Of a DNA stretch of 64,000 nt, positions 61,558 to 64,000 are shown piece by piece. The notes beneath the pieces were generated by a model. That model was not told where the DNA came from and did no database searches. It saw nothing but the letters and a program-made list of their open reading frames with translations. Every line of letters starts with the position of its first letter. Position 1 is the stretch's first letter. The position numbers were made by a program, and so were the translations under genes. Source of the DNA: an uncultured Chloroflexia bacterium (GTDB taxonomy: Bacteria > Chloroflexota > UBA6077 > JACCZL01); contig CAVXYC010000019.1 of assembly GCA_963765765.1 (NCBI GenBank), positions 256,001 through 320,000 of the forward strand, written 5' to 3'.

Positions 61558-61908
61558 ATGGCTGACACGGTGATTTACTGGTGGAAGCGTTGAAGCACCT
61601 GTCGTAAGGGGCGAGAGTTTCTCGTTCAAAAGGATCCTGGCGTCAAGGAACGCGACTTCTTCCTTCAACCACTGACGCGTGACGAGCTAAAGTCGCTTCT
61701 GGGGAGCCATCAGCCATCCGAGCTCTTCTCGTTTAAGAGCCCCACTGCCAAGGCACAGGGGATCACACCTGGGGCGCGAACCGAGGATGAGCTACTTGAT
61801 CTCATGGCTCAGGAGCCTCGTCTTCTCCGCCGCCCGATATTGAAGCATGGCGACACGCTGCTTATCGGGTTCAATCAGAAGGAGTGGCAGACAGAGCTTG
61901 GGGCGTAG
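61558..61908 (+). CDS. ArsC/Spx(MgsR/YffB)-family thioredoxin-fold protein, probable selenoprotein (U12-S-T-C15); absent from the ORF track
   Basis: MADTVIYWWKR(TGA)STCRKGREFL...RDFF..PLTRDEL...EDELLDLMAQEPRLLRRPIL...LIGFN; SD GGGAG at 61546; hairpin 61610-61626 after the TGA. Confidence 0.85.
61610..61626 (+). promoter_or_regulatory. candidate bacterial SECIS element
   Basis: stem GGCGAGA/TCTCGTT with a G-U-first apical loop, 23 nt after UGA 61591-61593. Confidence 0.55.
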
Positions 61909-61948
61909 CACTCTAAGAAGGAGCCCTGGCTCTGCGGACATCCGAGTA

Positions 61949-62056
61949 CCCTCACCCCAGCCCTCTCCCAGAGGGCGAGAGAGCGCTGTTGGGGGATATC
62001 GACGCCTGATACGCACAAGCCGGCCCCTCTCCCTCTGGAAAGGGCTGGGGCGAGGG
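61949..62056. repeat. REP-like element pair (7466/37794 family)
   Basis: ccctcaccccagccctctcccagagggcgag / cccctctccctctggaaagggctggggcgaggg. Confidence 0.8.
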
Positions 62057-62104
62057 TTGCCCAAACTCCCTCAACGGTTCGCCCTGATCTGCTTTAATCC
62101 GGGT

Positions 62105-64000
62105 ATGGCACTCATTCGCCGATGCGCCATTGCAGTTGTCCTGCTGACGCTGCTGGTCGCACCTTCGGCTCTGGCCCAGTCAGATAACCGCTCCGTCACC
62201 TGGGAGCGCTACGACGTTGACCTCACGCTCCTTCCCGGCGGTGCGCTTGACGTCGTCGAGACCCAGCGGATCTATTTCAGCGGCACGTACCGAAAGGGAT
62301 TTCGCGAGATTCCTCTGGCAAGGGTCACTGGGATCTCCGATATCTCCGTTGAGGAGGAAGGGCGACCGTATAGGCGCGGCAGTAGCTCAGATTTCGGATA
62401 CACGAACGGTCGGGATAACGATAGAGTCCGTGTGGAGTGGTCATTCCCGCCCACGACGAATGCCGCTCGAACGTTCGTCCTGCGCTACCGTGCCGAGGGT
62501 GCCTTGCGCGTCTTCGATGAAGCAGACCAGATTTTCTGGGAGGCGATTTACAAGGACCGTCCGGGGCAGGTGCAAGCGGGTTCTGTCACCATTCACCTCC
62601 CTTCTTCTGTTACACCTGAACAGGTAGTCCTTGAAGCAGTTCCGGAAGCTGCACTCGTGGATGCGAGGCTAGTCGACTCCCAGACTGCTCGGCTCACCAG
62701 CAGCGGACTCACACCTGGAACGGGATTCGAAGCCCGTGTCCAGATTCCTCACGGGCTAGTCGCCGCGTCGCCGCCGCCCTGGCAGGAGCAAGAGGTCTGG
62801 AACGAGCGGTACCAGCGGCGTGTGCAGCCCATCATCAATCTCGGGCTGTTGTTGCTGAGTGTGGCCATTCCGGTGATTGGCGGCCTCTGGGTGCTGCTCG
62901 CCTGGTTCTTGCGCGGACGCGACCCGCGGATGGGTCGCGTCGGGGGACTCTGACTACACCGCCAAGTGAACTGCCGCCCGGAATTGTGGGGACGCTCGTT
63001 GACGAGCGCGCTGACGTGCAGGATGTCCTGGCAACGCTTGTGGACCTGGGCAACCGTGGCATCTTGCGACTTTCGCAGGTGCCGGCCGACGTTCCTCCCT
63101 CGCAGATTAGGGACTATCGCATTCGGCCCGCGGTAGGCGATACTCGCGACCTCCGGCCATATGAGCGAACCGTATTCACTGCACTATCCCGAGGTGCGGA
63201 CGGCGCTCTCCTTTCGGTCCTGAAACAGGACTTCGTCAGTCAAATTCCGTTGATACGCGACCAGCTTCATGCCGAGGTAGTGCGTGCCGGGTTCTTCGTT
63301 TCGGACCCTGAAAAGGCTCGCCAGAGGTATCGAAGATTGGGTGGTGTGCTCCTCGTGATCGGCATTGTCGGGTTCATTGTCGGTCTCGGGGGCGCGGCAA
63401 GTGTGTCACCGCTGTTGTTTTTGCCGTTCATGACCCTCATACCGTTGGCCGTGGGCTGTCTGGTGATGTCCCGATACATGCCGCGGCGAACTCGTCGTGG
63501 TGCAATTGAGGCGGCACAGTGGCAGGCATTCGCGCGGGGTCTAGCAGCAGATGAAGATCAGCCTGGCGCCGTTCCCTCGCGTACTGACGATGATTCTATG
63601 CTCGATCGTTACCTTCCGTATGCGATTGCGCTTGGTGTTGATACGCAATGGGTGCATCGGTTCAATGCGCTTGGCACACCCGCGCCGCGCTGGTTTGACA
63701 CGCACGACATGCCCATCCTGATTGGAAGCCCGAGCTATTCCGGCCGGTCATGGGATGGCGGATATATCGGTAGAAGTCAGCATGGCGGATGGGAGCCAGA
63801 GTGGGGGGGGCCGGGAGACGGCGGCTCTGGCTGGCGTTTCCCTGATCCGCAGTCGGCAAGCGACTCGGCGGCGCACAACGTGCAGAACACGAGTGACTTT
63901 CTGGTCCAGGTGCTCAATGCTGCTTCCGAAGCGTTGAGCAGCGGTGGTCGGAGCGGCAGCGGCGGTTGGAGCGGCGGTGGCGGAGGCCGTAGTAGTGGCG
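62105..64000 (+). CDS. DUF2207 domain membrane protein; frameshift ~62945; runs off the window end
   Basis: signal peptide, YDVDLTL..GALDVVETQ, PPSELPPG.VGTLVDE..D..D..ATLVDL..RG, YLPYAIALG, Gly/Ser-rich tail. Confidence 0.85.

Noticed and set aside
61847-62104. Long N-terminal extension of the DUF2207 gene
   Set aside because: It reads through the ArsC-family gene end and a REP pair; the signal peptide starts at ATG 62105

Overview
GC-rich bacterial chromosomal segment, most consistent with an uncultured Chloroflexota lineage. This is inferred from F420-dependent LLM, expanded PDO/LigXa-type Rieske oxygenases, MetE-II-like protein, TctC lipoproteins with Pro/Ala linkers, and GT39 and DUF2207 proteins. 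About 16 genes are split by single-base indels, typical of an unpolished long-read assembly, so many ORF-track fragments are pieces of single genes. Content: (1) an ABC exporter-cNMP fusion with a doubly degenerate ATPase domain, a DUF433/DUF5615 toxin-antitoxin pair, a DUF2330-cupredoxin pair and small enzymes; (2) an aromatic/organic-acid catabolic region at about 8.7-35.3 kb with three PDO-type Rieske oxygenases, one alpha/beta ring-hydroxylating dioxygenase, two TctAB sets, three TctC and accessory enzymes; (3) methylcrotonyl-CoA carboxylase, an L,D-transpeptidase and an ABC exporter; (4) an AirS/YhcY-like Cys-rich GAF kinase and NarL-type regulator upstream of an SDR + QueA-like operon, with a perfect 7-4-7 palindrome between them; (5) MFS, SH3 lipoprotein, Rieske ferredoxin, HIT, GH76-like protein, an atypical ClpS, dynamin-like GTPase, GT39 and DUF2207. 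The ORF track misses a 116-aa ArsC/Spx-family gene (61558-61908) with an in-frame TGA at the catalytic Cys position (U-S-T-C) followed by a SECIS-like hairpin, a probable selenoprotein. Intergenic regions carry several families of REP-like inverted repeats and heptamer arrays. I found no rRNA, tRNA, CRISPR array or transposase.
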